DNA from: Rhizodiscina lignyota
Taxonomy: Eukaryota
Assembly (NCBI GenBank): GCA_010015805.1
Contig: ML978131.1
Span: 310,001 to 374,000 of the forward strand
Length of the DNA stretch: 64,000 nt
Reading direction: 5' to 3'
Below, piece by piece: positions 24,518-36,419 of the stretch. The notes beneath the pieces are model-generated. The model ran no database searches, was not told the origin of the DNA, and was given only the letters and a program-made list of their open reading frames with translations. The position numbers were made by a program, and so were the translations under genes. The first letter of the stretch is position 1. Each line of letters starts with the position of its first letter.

Positions 24518-25375
24518 ATGTCTTTCGAAACTACAGCTACGATCGCCTCCTTCGGCGGGAAGCTCCTGAAGCTCAAGCACCCCGCCAAATCTACAAACTG
24601 CGACATGGCACTCAATTTATACCTCCCGCCGGCCGCTCTCTCTGGCAAAACCGTGCCAGTACTCTTCTACCTCTCTGGCCTCACCTGCACTGGCGACAAT
24701 TGCGCTGAAAAGGGCTTCTTCCAGCACGCCGCCTCGCAGCGCGGCATCGCCGTTGTATACCCCGACACCTCACCACGCGGCCTCAAAGTCGCCGGCGAAG
24801 ACGAGAGCTGGGACTTTGGAACAGGCGCGGGCTTCTATGTCGACGCGACGACGCCAGGCTACAAGGACGGATACCACATGTACACGTACATCACCGAGGA
24901 GCTACCGAACGCCCTCTTCTCGCACTTCAAGGAGCTGGACGGCAGCAGAGTGTCGATTACGGGGCATAGCATGGGCGGCCACGGCGCGCTGACGCTGTTC
25001 CTGAAGAACCCGGGCAAGTACAAGAGCTGCTCTGCGTTTGCGCCGATCGCGAACCCAATCAACTGCCCGTGGGGCCAGAAGGCGTTTAAGGGATACTTTG
25101 GCGACGACAGCGCGAAGTGGAAGGAGCATGACGCGACGGAGTTGGTGAAGCAGTGGAAGGGCCCGCTGGAGCTGCTGATCGACGTTGGAACGGGCGACAA
25201 CTTTTACAAGCAGGGGCAGCTGCTGCCGGAGAACTTTGTCGCGGCGGCGAAAGAGGCGGGGAATGACAAGGGCGTGCAGTTGAGGATGCAGAAGGATTAC
25301 GATCACAGTTACTTTTTTATGGCGAGTTTTGCAGATGAGCATGTTGAGTGGGCGGCGAAGAGGCTGGGAGCATAG
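24518..25375 (+). CDS. S-formylglutathione hydrolase (esterase D family), 285 aa
   Basis: YLSGLTC, PDTSPRG, WDFGTGAGFYVDAT, nucleophile elbow GHSMGG and YDHSY. Confidence 0.95.
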   Translation: MSFETTATIASFGGKLLKLKHPAKSTNCDMALNLYLPPAALSGKTVPVLFYLSGLTCTGDNCAEKGFFQHAASQRGIAVVYPDTSPRGLKVAGEDESWDFGTGAGFYVDATTPGYKDGYHMYTYITEELPNALFSHFKELDGSRVSITGHSMGGHGALTLFLKNPGKYKSCSAFAPIANPINCPWGQKAFKGYFGDDSAKWKEHDATELVKQWKGPLELLIDVGTGDNFYKQGQLLPENFVAAAKEAGNDKGVQLRMQKDYDHSYFFMASFADEHVEWAAKRLGA

Positions 25376-25824
25376 TAAGTGACCGCGTTCCCAAAGGGGC
25401 AGTGGTGATTGTTGGGAGCTTGGGAGCCATGCTGACGAATACAGAAGCGATCGGGGCCACCTTTGAATTAAAATGTACAATCAAACCTTAGAATGGCTAT
25501 CATATTCGACCATAGAACGATTGAGAATATCAATTGCTGCGTCGTGGAGCTTGTGCCTCATTGGGTCCTCTATTTCAACGGTAATCGGTTTGCTGCTGTC
25601 CCAACCGGCGAATTTTTGTTTCTCCTCTCCATTCATCACCAAGGCAATCCTTCGCAAGTATAAAGGGAACTTTTCCCTTCCTCCACTCTCCATTCACTTT
25701 CATCTTCATCCCAGACAGTCTGAACAGTAAGACGTATTCGAAGACGACTACCCATCGACTACCATCCCACCATCTCAACACCGACACAGTAGACACCTCG
25801 TAAGATAAACATATACATATCGAA

Positions 25825-26487
25825 ATGGCCATCATCTACACTTCCGACATCAACTCAGGCCGCCTGAACAGCCACTCGGCCTATGTGATGGCGCGTCTCG
25901 GCCGCCGCGGCGAATCCACCCTGGGCACGCAAGGCCAGGGAACAAGAGAGTTCGCCGCAACGGTCGCAGCCCTAAGGGCAAAGGCTGAAGAGCGGAGAAG
26001 GCGCCGCCAAATGCACAACTTCACGCCTGACGACTGGACCCACGTCTCCTGGGCAACGATCCTCCAGCCCGGGCCCGATCCTCACTTGTCGCTCCTCTGC
26101 GGAGATACTCATGCAGCCGAGCGCACACCTCTCAGAAGGTGGGCCTGCACTCTCGCCAAGTGCGAGCATTGCTCTGGCAAGGTGCCAGAGGAGCCGCTGG
26201 AGTCGGATCCGCGGGGGGAGGAGAGCGCGCTGAGGCGCATGTCGGAGGAGGACCGGATGGAGGTGCTTCGGAACTACGGGAGGCTTAGCCTCCCGTTCAC
26301 AAAGGTGAATGTGGAGTGGACGGCGAGGATGAGGCTCTTCTCGCCAGACGAGAACATCCCGGTGTTGGCGCTGCCGCCCTCCACCTACCGCGCATTTTAT
26401 GCGTGGCCGTCGTCCAAGGCCATTCGGTATGCCGACGGACCGTTTGAAGGGCTTGGTGCCCCTCGTTTTCAGTGGACTGCAGGGTGA
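25825..26487 (+). CDS. Hypothetical orphan protein (220 aa)
   Basis: AAATGG start context, TATAAA at 25659, C/A-rich leader and gene-like GC3 bias; no recognised family. Confidence 0.55.
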   Translation: MAIIYTSDINSGRLNSHSAYVMARLGRRGESTLGTQGQGTREFAATVAALRAKAEERRRRRQMHNFTPDDWTHVSWATILQPGPDPHLSLLCGDTHAAERTPLRRWACTLAKCEHCSGKVPEEPLESDPRGEESALRRMSEEDRMEVLRNYGRLSLPFTKVNVEWTARMRLFSPDENIPVLALPPSTYRAFYAWPSSKAIRYADGPFEGLGAPRFQWTAG

Positions 26488-27987
26488 AGTGGGTCAGCCG
26501 TTAGGGGCTGGAGCTAGAGCTCGATGCGGTGGTGGAGCCTGTAGGAGTAGAGCAGGAAACGGGTGGTGATTAGAGTGAGGGGGAGTGAGTGGGCCCGGCA
26601 AAGGGAGTCTGTAAATGTTTAAGTTGTATGATTGCAAGTGTTGTCGCGGTCTTCGAGTAGATTCCCAACCTGTCCAATCATATGCTCGACCACCCTGTAA
26701 GGGTCAATTCAAATCCAGCTTTCTATTATCGATGACATAGTAGATATGTACTACCAACCCTCTCTATGTCAGCTTTCTGAACAGAGATAAATAGACTGCT
26801 AAATATTTGCGCTGGTATTGAGTGGACTCCGCGCATATCTAATCGTGTGCTCGAGCACCGTACGAGCTTGGATCTAATTTAGCTTTGCTATTATCAATGC
26901 CATTGTAGATCTATACTGCCGACCGCCATTGCGTTGGCTTTCATAGTTTGGATCATGATCACCACGGAGAGGTGCCTGCTGTAGATCTGCTGAAAGGCCA
27001 ACAAAGAAGAGTGTCAAGGCTCATTCGTGACCAAATAGCTGGCGGCAAGCTGTAACACGTAAGGCCGAGCAGTTCTTACACGTCAAAGTAAGCGAGACTA
27101 CCCTTGAAAAACTTGGATGCCTTATTGATAATAAAGGCTATTCACGACAATTGTGACTAAGCTGTGACCAGTGTTCTTTGTCATCCTGGAGGATGTGGAA
27201 TCAATTTCGTGTAGGCAGACCTGTGACACTGGGAATGAGGTCTGGCAATGGTAAACTCACGATTCTTTTCTTTGTCGCATGGTGGATGTACTATGTAGAA
27301 CCTTGTCGAAGTACTTTGTAGAGACCTCGACACGGACCTAGTCCTATCTCGCCCGCAACAACGATCATTCGACTTCCAATTCGACTTCCATTATATACAA
27401 AGTACAGCTCCGCGATCAGAGACTTGCACTAGCCTCCGAATTGCTTCAATACAGGCTACTCCAAACGCTCTTGGTTTCTGATGAGGCTTAAGGAGCCCAT
27501 TTTCTCGCACGGATAGGGTCGCGTTGTGCTATGGTGTCTATTATCGGCAATACTATACTCCTCAGCGATATAAGCAGAGACGGATCAAGGTGACTCCTGA
27601 CGTCGTCTTAAGCTCAATATCCCGACTCACGTGCAGTACCGGCAACGGCTCGTATGCTTATGCACCAGATCCCCGGTCTGGCTCACTACGCTTGCCAAAC
27701 TCTCCGACAAGATTTAAGAAACGCCAACAGAGCTAAACTTACTGCGTAATGGTTCGCTCGTCTAGAAGCTCGGGAGAGACGACTGCAGGATTCCCTAGAC
27801 GAATTGGGAACCAACGCTATGGCCGTTGCCAAGCAAGGCAATTGCTGCTCAGCTGCAGTAAGACGATGGACGCTGGTATAAATTTGAGTTGAATACGGCG
27901 GTAGGGTTTGAGTTGAAACAGGAATTTTCTAATCTCTCGACTCATCCGCAAAGTTTGAAAGGGAGAGTTAAAGTTTTCATCTCGAAA

Positions 27988-29463
27988 ATGTCGACCGATA
28001 AGATGATTCATTGTCTCAAGTCTCTTAACATTCTTGTCGGCGCTGATGAAATCATAACTAAAAGCCATCCCGCGTACGCAGAGGAGTCGTCAACATGGTC
28101 AGCCAACAAAAATAAGCACCCTACGTTGATCATTCGGCCAAAATCTCTGGAGTCGTTGAGCAACGTCTTGAGGGAATTAGCAGTCACAGAGCTGGGCATT
28201 GGAATTCGAAGCTCTGGCTTCGGCAACGCCTCCGCGAAGGATGTGCTGATCAGTTTGTCCGCCTTTGACCAATTCGAATTTGACCGCGAGGGCGAATTCG
28301 TCATTCTCGGTGCAGGTCAGTCATGGCAGGACTACTATGAGAAGATGGAGAAGGTCGCTCCAGATTACACCGTTGTGGCTGCTCGAACGCCATGCATTGG
28401 CATTGGCGGCAGCATCTTGTCTGGCGGCTTCTCGTGGCTCTCTGGGGAGTTCGGCTGCATTTCAGACCCGGCGAACATGCTGGATGCGCAAGTCGTGAAG
28501 CTCGACGGCTCCATCGTCTGGGCTTCCGAAGAGCCAGAACTGCTGTGGGCACTGCGCGGTTCGACCGGCGGCTTTGGCGTCGTCACGGCTTTCAAGCTCC
28601 GAGCGTATCCCTACAAGGAATCGGTATGGTCTGGCCCAATCTTCGCGCCGATGAGCACTGTTCAGGAAGTTGCAAAAGGCATTGTGAAAGCGGCGGCGCG
28701 GATGGACGAGCAAAAGGTCGCCATGTACTTCTACTGCATGAAGAAGGAGCTGCTAGAGATGATGGGCGCTGATCAGGACATGTTTGTCATTCATGCCTTC
28801 GATGCAAATGGCGAGGAGCATGGGAGGAGCGAAGAGGGATTCAAGTGGGCTCTAGATCTTCCTGGTGCGATTGACCAGACGAAGATGATGAGCTTGAAAG
28901 GCGTGTCGGAGTTGCAAGGTACGTGGCCACAAACAGATCGCTGCAAAATGTGGGTGAAGAGCTAACGATGTCGAATTGAAGGCAAGCTGGGAGCCCTCAA
29001 AGGACAAACAAATATGTACTGGACCGGCCTCTCACTCTCAGAGCTCACAGAAGAATCTGTCATGAACTCTCTAAAGTGGTATAACAAAGGCGTCAATTCC
29101 CCCGGCACTGTCAAAGACAACATCTACTGCGTGCACGAACTCAAGTGCAGCAGTGACGCCATCGGGAACAACGTGGACACAGCCTGGCCACGTCCAAAGG
29201 GTTTTGCGCATCTCGTTCTGCTCGGCGCGGGCTCTACTCCAGGAGCTCCGAACGAGTCCGAAGAAGACCAGATTGCTCGGCAACTGCTGATGGATGCACC
29301 AAAGGAGATTCTAGGACCGAATGTGAAGGCTGATATTTCGCCTAATTCGCGTGAGGAGTGGATGGATGTGAAGGCGATGTATGGTAAGAATTACGAGCGG
29401 CTGCAGGCTGTTAAGCGAAAGTATGACCCGAAGAACCGCCTTGGAGGGCCAATTGGGCCATGA
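27988..29463 (+). CDS. FAD-binding oxidoreductase (BBE/6-hydroxy-D-nicotine oxidase-like); exons 27988-28918 and 28982-29463
   Basis: IGIGGSILSGGFSWLS, LLWALRGSTGGFGVVT and BBE tail YGKNYERLQAVKRKYDPKN; 63-nt GTACGT..AAG intron restores the frame. Confidence 0.9.
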
Positions 29464-29549
29464 TGATTAGTACATTTACTGTGAATGGAGTTAAGTAAAG
29501 GGAAATGCAACCAAAAGTGGAGAAATTCGTATGACTGTAGTCTGGGTAT

Positions 29550-31596
29550 CTATTTTGCGAGAAAGCCTTGGAAAGCTTTCTGATCAATGACAACGTTGCC
29601 AACTGCTCTAAGCTTCTTCCTACCCTCCTTTTGCTTGTCGAGTAGTTTCTTCCTTCTCGTGATGTCGCTGGCATGCAGTTTGGCCAGAACATCCTTCCTG
29701 AACGGCTTGATGCTCTCTCTTGCCACAATCCGCCTTCCGGCCGCAGCCTGGATGACAACTTCAAACATCTGGCGATCAACATGCTCTTTGAATTTGCTCA
29801 CCCATTCTCGCCCCACGCGATCTGCTTGACTCGTATGGACGACGCGAGCAACTGCGTCCACTGGGATCTTGTTGACAAGGAGCTGGAGCTTCACCAGCTT
29901 TGACTGTCGATACCCTGCATCTTCATAGTCTAGGCTCGCGTAACCTCTCGTGGCTCCTTTCAACTTCCCAAAGAAATCATCAACAAGCTGGCTCAATGGG
30001 AGGTCATACTTGATGATGACTTGTGTCGCAGTGAAGAAAGTAAGCTCTTTCTGCTCGCCGCGGTTCGCTTCGCAAAGCTCGATCACTTTGCCGAGATATT
30101 CTTCGGGGAGAGTAATTGTTGTCGATACGTAGGGTTCCTGCAGCTCCGCCACGTTTTGAGTGCGACCGTCAGTATCAGGAAATTCATTTGGATTGCTGAT
30201 GATCGTCGAAGTCCCGTCCCTCCAAACCACATTAAATGGAACAGTGGGTGGCGTGATGATGATGCTCGCACCGTGCTCTTGTCTGAGACGATCCTCGAAC
30301 ACCGAACAATGTAACGTTCCCAAGAATCCGAGGCGCCACCCTGCTCCTAACGCCTCGGATGATTCCTTCGAGATAGTGACGGACCGATCATTGAGACATA
30401 TCTGATGGATGCTATCCTCCAAATGCTCAAAATCGCTCTGATCCGTCGGGAAGGCGGCGACAAAGACCATGGACTTCGGCTCTTCAAAGCCAGGTAGCGG
30501 TTCAACCAGCTTCTCAGCACCTACAGTGGTGTATGTATCACCAACCTTGGCTTCTTGCGACCGCTTCATACCCGGATTGAAGAATATATAGCCGACTTGG
30601 CCTGCGCGAAGAACAGTTTGAGGCGTCTGATCAGGATACATGATGCCTACTTCTCCAACTGTATACTTCAAACCAGTCGCAAACGAGCGGATCTGGTCAC
30701 CAGGTCGAATTTGGCCTTCAAATACGCGCACAAGTAATATAACACCTTTGTAATTGTCGTACCACGAATCGACGAGCAATAATCTCAGATGATTATCAAG
30801 GTCTCCCACAGGGGCAGGTATTTGTTCGATGACCGCAGGTAAAAGGGCTTCGACATTGAGACCAGTCTTTGCAGAGACTAGGACCGCATTTTTGGAATCC
30901 AACTCGAACGAGTTTTCAATTTGGTCCAGAGCTCGCTGTGGATCCGCAGAGGGAAGGTCGATTTTGTTAACTACGGGTACGAGGTGTAAGCCTTGAGAGA
31001 AGGCGAGGAAGAAGTTGGCAACCGTTTGAGCTTGGACACCCTGACTGGCATCTACAAGCAACAAGGCTAGTAGACCAAGTTAGTCTGAAGGCACAAGTAT
31101 AGTTAGGAACCTGATACTCACCTCCTCCGCAAGATGCATAGCTCCTGCTGACTTCCGCTCGAAAATCAACATGACCCGGGGTATCAACCAAGTGCAGAAG
31201 ATAGTCTTCCCCTTTGAAATTGTAGATCATGCTACATGTCTGCGCCTTTACCGTGATGCCTCTTTCACGCTCGACATCGAGCTTATCCAAAATCTGCTTG
31301 TTGCCGTCCCCGGGCTCAATTGTGCCTGTAAGCTCCAGGAGCCGGTCTGATAGCGTTGATTTGCCATGATCGACATGAGCGACAATGCAAAAATTACGAA
31401 ATCGCGAGATGGGGATAGCAGCAATGCGTGTTTCGAGTTCGGACGGGTTCTTCCTTGAGGTCTTTGCAGCGAAAGGAGCGGGCGTGCTGGAGAAGCTTTG
31501 TAGGAGTCGTGGGAGGGCGGCAGACGGTGCCAATTGAACTCCCCGACTCCTGCAGAGCTGTAGGAGGCTACGCTGAAGCCGGACACATTGTCGCAT
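29550..31596 (-). CDS. GUF1: Mitochondrial translation factor GUF1 (LepA/EF-4); exons 31596-31122 and 31066-29550
   Basis: [30 protein letters not shown], and LepA C-terminal [22 protein letters not shown]. Confidence 0.96.
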
Positions 31597-31777
31597 GAGG
31601 CCGCTGGTTCTCGATTGCTGCGGTTGTCTCTGTTCGAACAGATGAAAGGTTTCAATGAAGCTTGGCGGTAACCGCGCGCTTAAAATTTATGGATGTTACT
31701 TGACCCCCCTGAAAACTTCATAGTCAACCTTTGACACTAATGCGGGATGCCAATCGAGTTTCTTTCGGAGCCGAGTT

Positions 31778-34700
31778 ATGATACCTCGAAGGAGTCCGAA
31801 TGCGCGAATTCCTTACTCCGGGTGGACATGCTGGCGCTGCGTCTTAAGAAATCGTGGAGCACTTCGCCACGCTTCCTCGATTCAGCATCGAAAACCGATC
31901 CGCGCCGATAGAACTCAGGAAAGAGTCCAAACGTTATCAAACAATGGCTTCCATCTCTTGGATGCTAATAAACGCCTCTTTCGCACCACATCGATCTCAG
32001 TTTGGCATACTAGAAACTTCACCAGTTCACGACCTCAGCAACACGAGGTAAGTACAGTAAGCTAATCTGAAAACTATGGCTGATATTATGGAAGATTAAA
32101 TCACCACAAAGCTTATCGAGCTTGGATTTGCCTGAAGATGACAGTTTGTCAGGCATTGCCCCTTTTGGATCTGGATCCAGTATTCGTCAACACTTGGCTG
32201 AGTGGCAGGAAAAATATGGACAGACAAACATTGATATTCCGCTACCTTTCGAGCCTGATAGCGCATCTGGTGTGAATGATACTATGCGTGTACACCGTAA
32301 CGACAGTAACCAAGTTGCTGATCCATCCGAGTTTGGCGACGGAGAAGATCCGTTTCCAGTTAGGATAGACGAAGAGACAACCGGTGCTGAGTTTGAATTC
32401 CTCAATCCTGGGGACCTCGTGGAGTTCTTGTTAGTACTTCCTTTTCTCTCATATTGCATAGACTGACTGAGAGTACAGCCACGGCTCAGAAGTCGAGTCA
32501 ACCATTGGAATATTCATCCGAGAGTTTAATGTCTACAGCCAGATTCTCACCCTTTCTGGAGCATGGGTGCATATAAATAGCAGACGGTCTATTCCATTCA
32601 GCATTCCCGGCTTCGTGAATCCGGCAATGCTTGATGATGTCATCCCTTTCCTTCCAAAGGACGAAACTGCTCGAGAATTCAAAGAGCAGGCCCATATCAC
32701 GGACGTTAGTGTTCCGAGAGAGGTATCCGCTCCTCTTGTAACGAAGCTTCGGCAGGTCTGGAGCGAGTCCGAGGCTATCTATCGTGCCAACGCCGGGGCG
32801 CTTGACAACGCGCATCAGGTGTTAGCTCACCAAACGGATCTCAGGTTCGGAACGCTTGAGAAGATTGCATCAAAGCTCCTTGGTCCAAGGGTTGAACTGA
32901 CGCCACCTGCATTGCTGGCGGTCCGAAGAGCTATATTGCGCCAGGGACTAGTTTTTGGCGCCGACCGCAGATCCTCTCGTTTTACAAGAGTCTTCTTGAT
33001 TCATCCGCAGCAAACAGTCCAGTCGCTCCATGATGTTGCCGGTTGGATTCGTGCTTACCAGAACGCCGAAGCTAGTTCAGCGTCGAGGGAAGAGCCACCC
33101 CCCAAGGCTAAAGACTTCGACTATGACGATAGGGTCGGAGTCAGGAATATTCGGCACTTTCTCAGCAGAGCGAAATACTTTATACAACACAGCAGGAGAA
33201 ACCGACCATTGTCACCAGTTGGAACTATAGGCGCTTCGCGGATACAACATCCTATTTCGAATGAATCTGAATCCATTCGGGTGGAACCAAGTTTACCATT
33301 CAGCCAAGCGGACCAAGAAATCATAAGGTTCCTCTTTACTGCCTGTCTAACACATATGTTCGATAAAGACCCACGTTACTTTGCTCTTGCTGAACATGTG
33401 ATTCGCTCTAGTGGTGAATACGAGGCCTCAGGGGAACTCGGAAGGAGCTATGTCTACACGTTCCTCCAGGAAATTGGTGCGATCCTACCTTGGGAGAACA
33501 TCCGTTTACATGACGAGCACCTGCTGCTTCCTAATTCTCAGCGTTCGAAGCCATTGGAACGACTTCGAGATTCAATCAATCACGATGATCCTACTGCAAC
33601 GTTCCCCGACACCATGCAAGATCTTCGTCGCGATTGGAAGAATCTCCCAGTCTACTGTATAGACGGTCCAGCGACCGTGAATGTTGACGATGGCATCTCA
33701 GTGGAAAGGATACCAGGCTCTCAGGACCAATATTGGATTCACATTCACGTCGCCAATCCGACTGCGCGAATAGACAAAAGCAGTAACATTGCTCGCATGG
33801 CTGCTCACATGACTTCCACTCTCTACACCCCAGACGACCACTACTGGCTGCTTCCTCAGTGGATCACTCAGCGCTTTGCCAGTCTTGCTCCAGATCGGCC
33901 CGTGTTGACTTTCAGCTGCAGAATCGACCGGAAAGGCAACATTCTTCAAACTACGATTCAGCCAGGCATAGTACGAAATGTCACAAGGCTAACATACACC
34001 GGCATGGATACCATCCTTGGGACCAACAAGAGCACAGTCCCACGGAATGTGCTTGCGGTCGGATTAGACCCAGAAATCATCGAGCAGATGACAAAAGACA
34101 AGGTGCCTCCGAACTTGACTCCCGGACAACGAGAAGACCTGGGTATCCTGGTCCATCTGGCGAAGGCGCGAAGGGATTATCGACGTGGAAATGGTGGGTT
34201 CAATTTTGATTTTGTGGACACAGCCGCCGTGGCGATCAGCAAACTTCAAAAAGGAGGCAAGAATATAGCAGCGAAAATTCCCCTCCTCAGCGGCAAGTCA
34301 TATAGAGTGGAAGGCGATCCTGGTATCCTTTTGCTTGGAGACGAGTACAGTGGCTACTTCAAGCCGAAACAAGACATGCCCTCTCGTGACATGGTGACAG
34401 AGATGATGCTTCTGGCTGGCGAAATTGGGGCTCAATGGTGCAGTGAGCGCAACATACCTGTTATTTATCGTGGCATGTTCGCAAGCGTCTTGAGACGGGC
34501 CGGCGCTGGCGTCACTACAGACACATACTGGAACGAAGTCTTGGAACCGGAACTCAAGGCGAATGGACAAGTTCCTGATCACCTTGCCACAATGTACTTG
34601 AACCTCACGGGGAGAGTTGGTAGTGCTTTGGTTCCGCTGAGACACACTGGCGTCGGCCTCCCCCAGTACACCAAGGTCACAACGCCGCTCGGTCGGTACT

Positions 34701-35227
34701 CGGACATGGTAGCCCATTGGCAGATCGAATCCGCAATCAGAGAAGAAGCTCGCACTGGAGAAAGCCTTAAAGGTAGCAAACGCGAGGACTATCTGGCCTT
34801 CACGCGCTCCGAACTCTTTCCAGTTGTCCCACGCCTCCGCGCGCGAGAACAAATGCTCAACGACGCCAAAGCAGGCTCTAACACGTTCTGGATCAATCAG
34901 CTCGTGTACCGCGCCTTCTACTACAAGCAAGCGGAGCTGCCGGAAACTTTCGAGGTCGTCGTCTCCAGCGACATTGGCAGAGCGCCTAACGTCGTCCGTG
35001 CGATTTGGAAGCATTACGGGATCAGGGCGCATTTAATGCTGCCACCGGAGAAGTTTGTGAATAAGAGCAAGACCGAGATGTTTGCGAGGATTGGGGATCA
35101 CTGGGAGGCGAGGATTAAGGAAGTTCACCCGTTCTATGGGCACATATATCTTGAGCCAGTCAGGCTGCTGCATCGGGAGGAGCATACAATTGATGAGATT
35201 TTTGCGCGGCTGGGGAAGAGTGCATAA
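31778..35227 (+). CDS. DSS1: Mitochondrial RNase II/RNB-family exoribonuclease (Dss1/CYT-4 orthologue); exons 31778-32047, 32095-32429, 32479-35227
   Basis: Arg-rich presequence with CWRC; RNB motifs RRDW..LPVYCID.....VDDGIS, HIHVANP, V.EMMLLAG and HTGVGL.QY...T.PL.RYSD; two canonical introns. Confidence 0.88.
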
Positions 35228-35610
35228 GAGAGTACGTAAAGCCACAATCTCCTTGATAACTGGACTTGATGGCAAAGGAATCTTCGTTTAAGATAAGCAT
35301 TGTCATTATAATTGAATCACACCGCCTTTTAAGTATAAAGAATGAATAAGATGTGAAGGGTCAAAGCAAGGCCTCTTCCTTTGTTGACAAGTCGTCGCCG
35401 CTTGCATAACGACCCTCCCAGTTATCTCCAACCACATCTCGCCGCATGTTGCGAAGTCCACCGACCACACCTTCTACGCAAGCGGACGCAACACAGCAAA
35501 CAGTGCGATTGCAACTGCGGACTCCGCGACTCTCAGCATCGCACTCAAAGTTCTTGCATATCGCTCAGTCCGAACGCTCATGCGACGACACTTCTCCGTC
35601 ACGCTTCTCA

Positions 35611-36331
35611 TTAACAGTAGCGGCCGATCTTCTCGAGCGTCTTGTGCAGACGCAAAGCCAGATCAGCCACAAATTCAGGTGTTTCCATGGCTAACTCCTT
35701 GAACGTTCGTTCATTACCATTCAAGATATCGGATTCACGCTCGAAGTCCGAGAACACATCAAGGATTGCTTCGCGCAGTGGGCAATCAGCAGATGCTGAC
35801 GAAGCGTAGATGTCAGAAACGAGCTGCAGGAGAGACCGTCCCGATATCGATTCATCCATGACCTTCAATTTGAATCCTCTCACGGCCTTCGCTTTGATGT
35901 CTGTAATGCCATACTTCTCAGCTAGTGCATAGAGGTGAACATGATTCCCGATGGTTCCGGCTTTCCAAGGATAGACAGCAGGATTGTACGTGGTCTCCAG
36001 CAACGTCTTGAGGACATGAGGATCGTCGATGCTTAGATCAATTTCGTTATTCTTGGCTTCCTGTCATGAATGTCAACGAGAGCTGACACAGTTAATAGTG
36101 AGAGGCGTCCGACCTTGAAGTCGCTCTCGAAGAGTTTTCTAAAGTATTCGGACACGGGAGCCAGAATAACCTTATGCGCATAGAAGACTCGATTTCGGCA
36201 AATGATCTTGAAGTCGCTTCCCACTCCGGTGTAGAGGAATCTGAGGCTCGTCAGCTACAAGTATGCAACACATCAACGTAACTGGAGAATCGAACTCACT
36301 GCTCGCGGCCGTTGGGAGATGAGCTAGCCAT
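35611..36331 (-). CDS. BTB/POZ-domain protein (~202 aa); exons 36331-36300, 36240-36114, 36060-35611
   Basis: SDFKIIC...FYAHKVIL..SEYF....SDFKEA...IDL..DDP and HVHLYALAEKYGI; two introns. Confidence 0.85.
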
Positions 36332-36419
36332 TGCTCTACTTGTGTTCGAATAAGTGAGATGTTTGTATTTGGAGTTAAGTGGGCGGAGAAAGAAGGCGCT
36401 GTTCGTTGTGTTCGAAGTC

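Noticed and set aside
14450..29463. Secondary-metabolite cluster (P450, esterase, FAD oxidoreductase)
   Set aside because: No PKS, NRPS or terpene synthase, transporter or cluster regulator, and the genes are interleaved with housekeeping loci.
34298..35032. Long antisense ORFs (also 24902-25480, 38184-38723, 60591-61217)
   Set aside because: Shadows of codon-biased real genes on the opposite strand.
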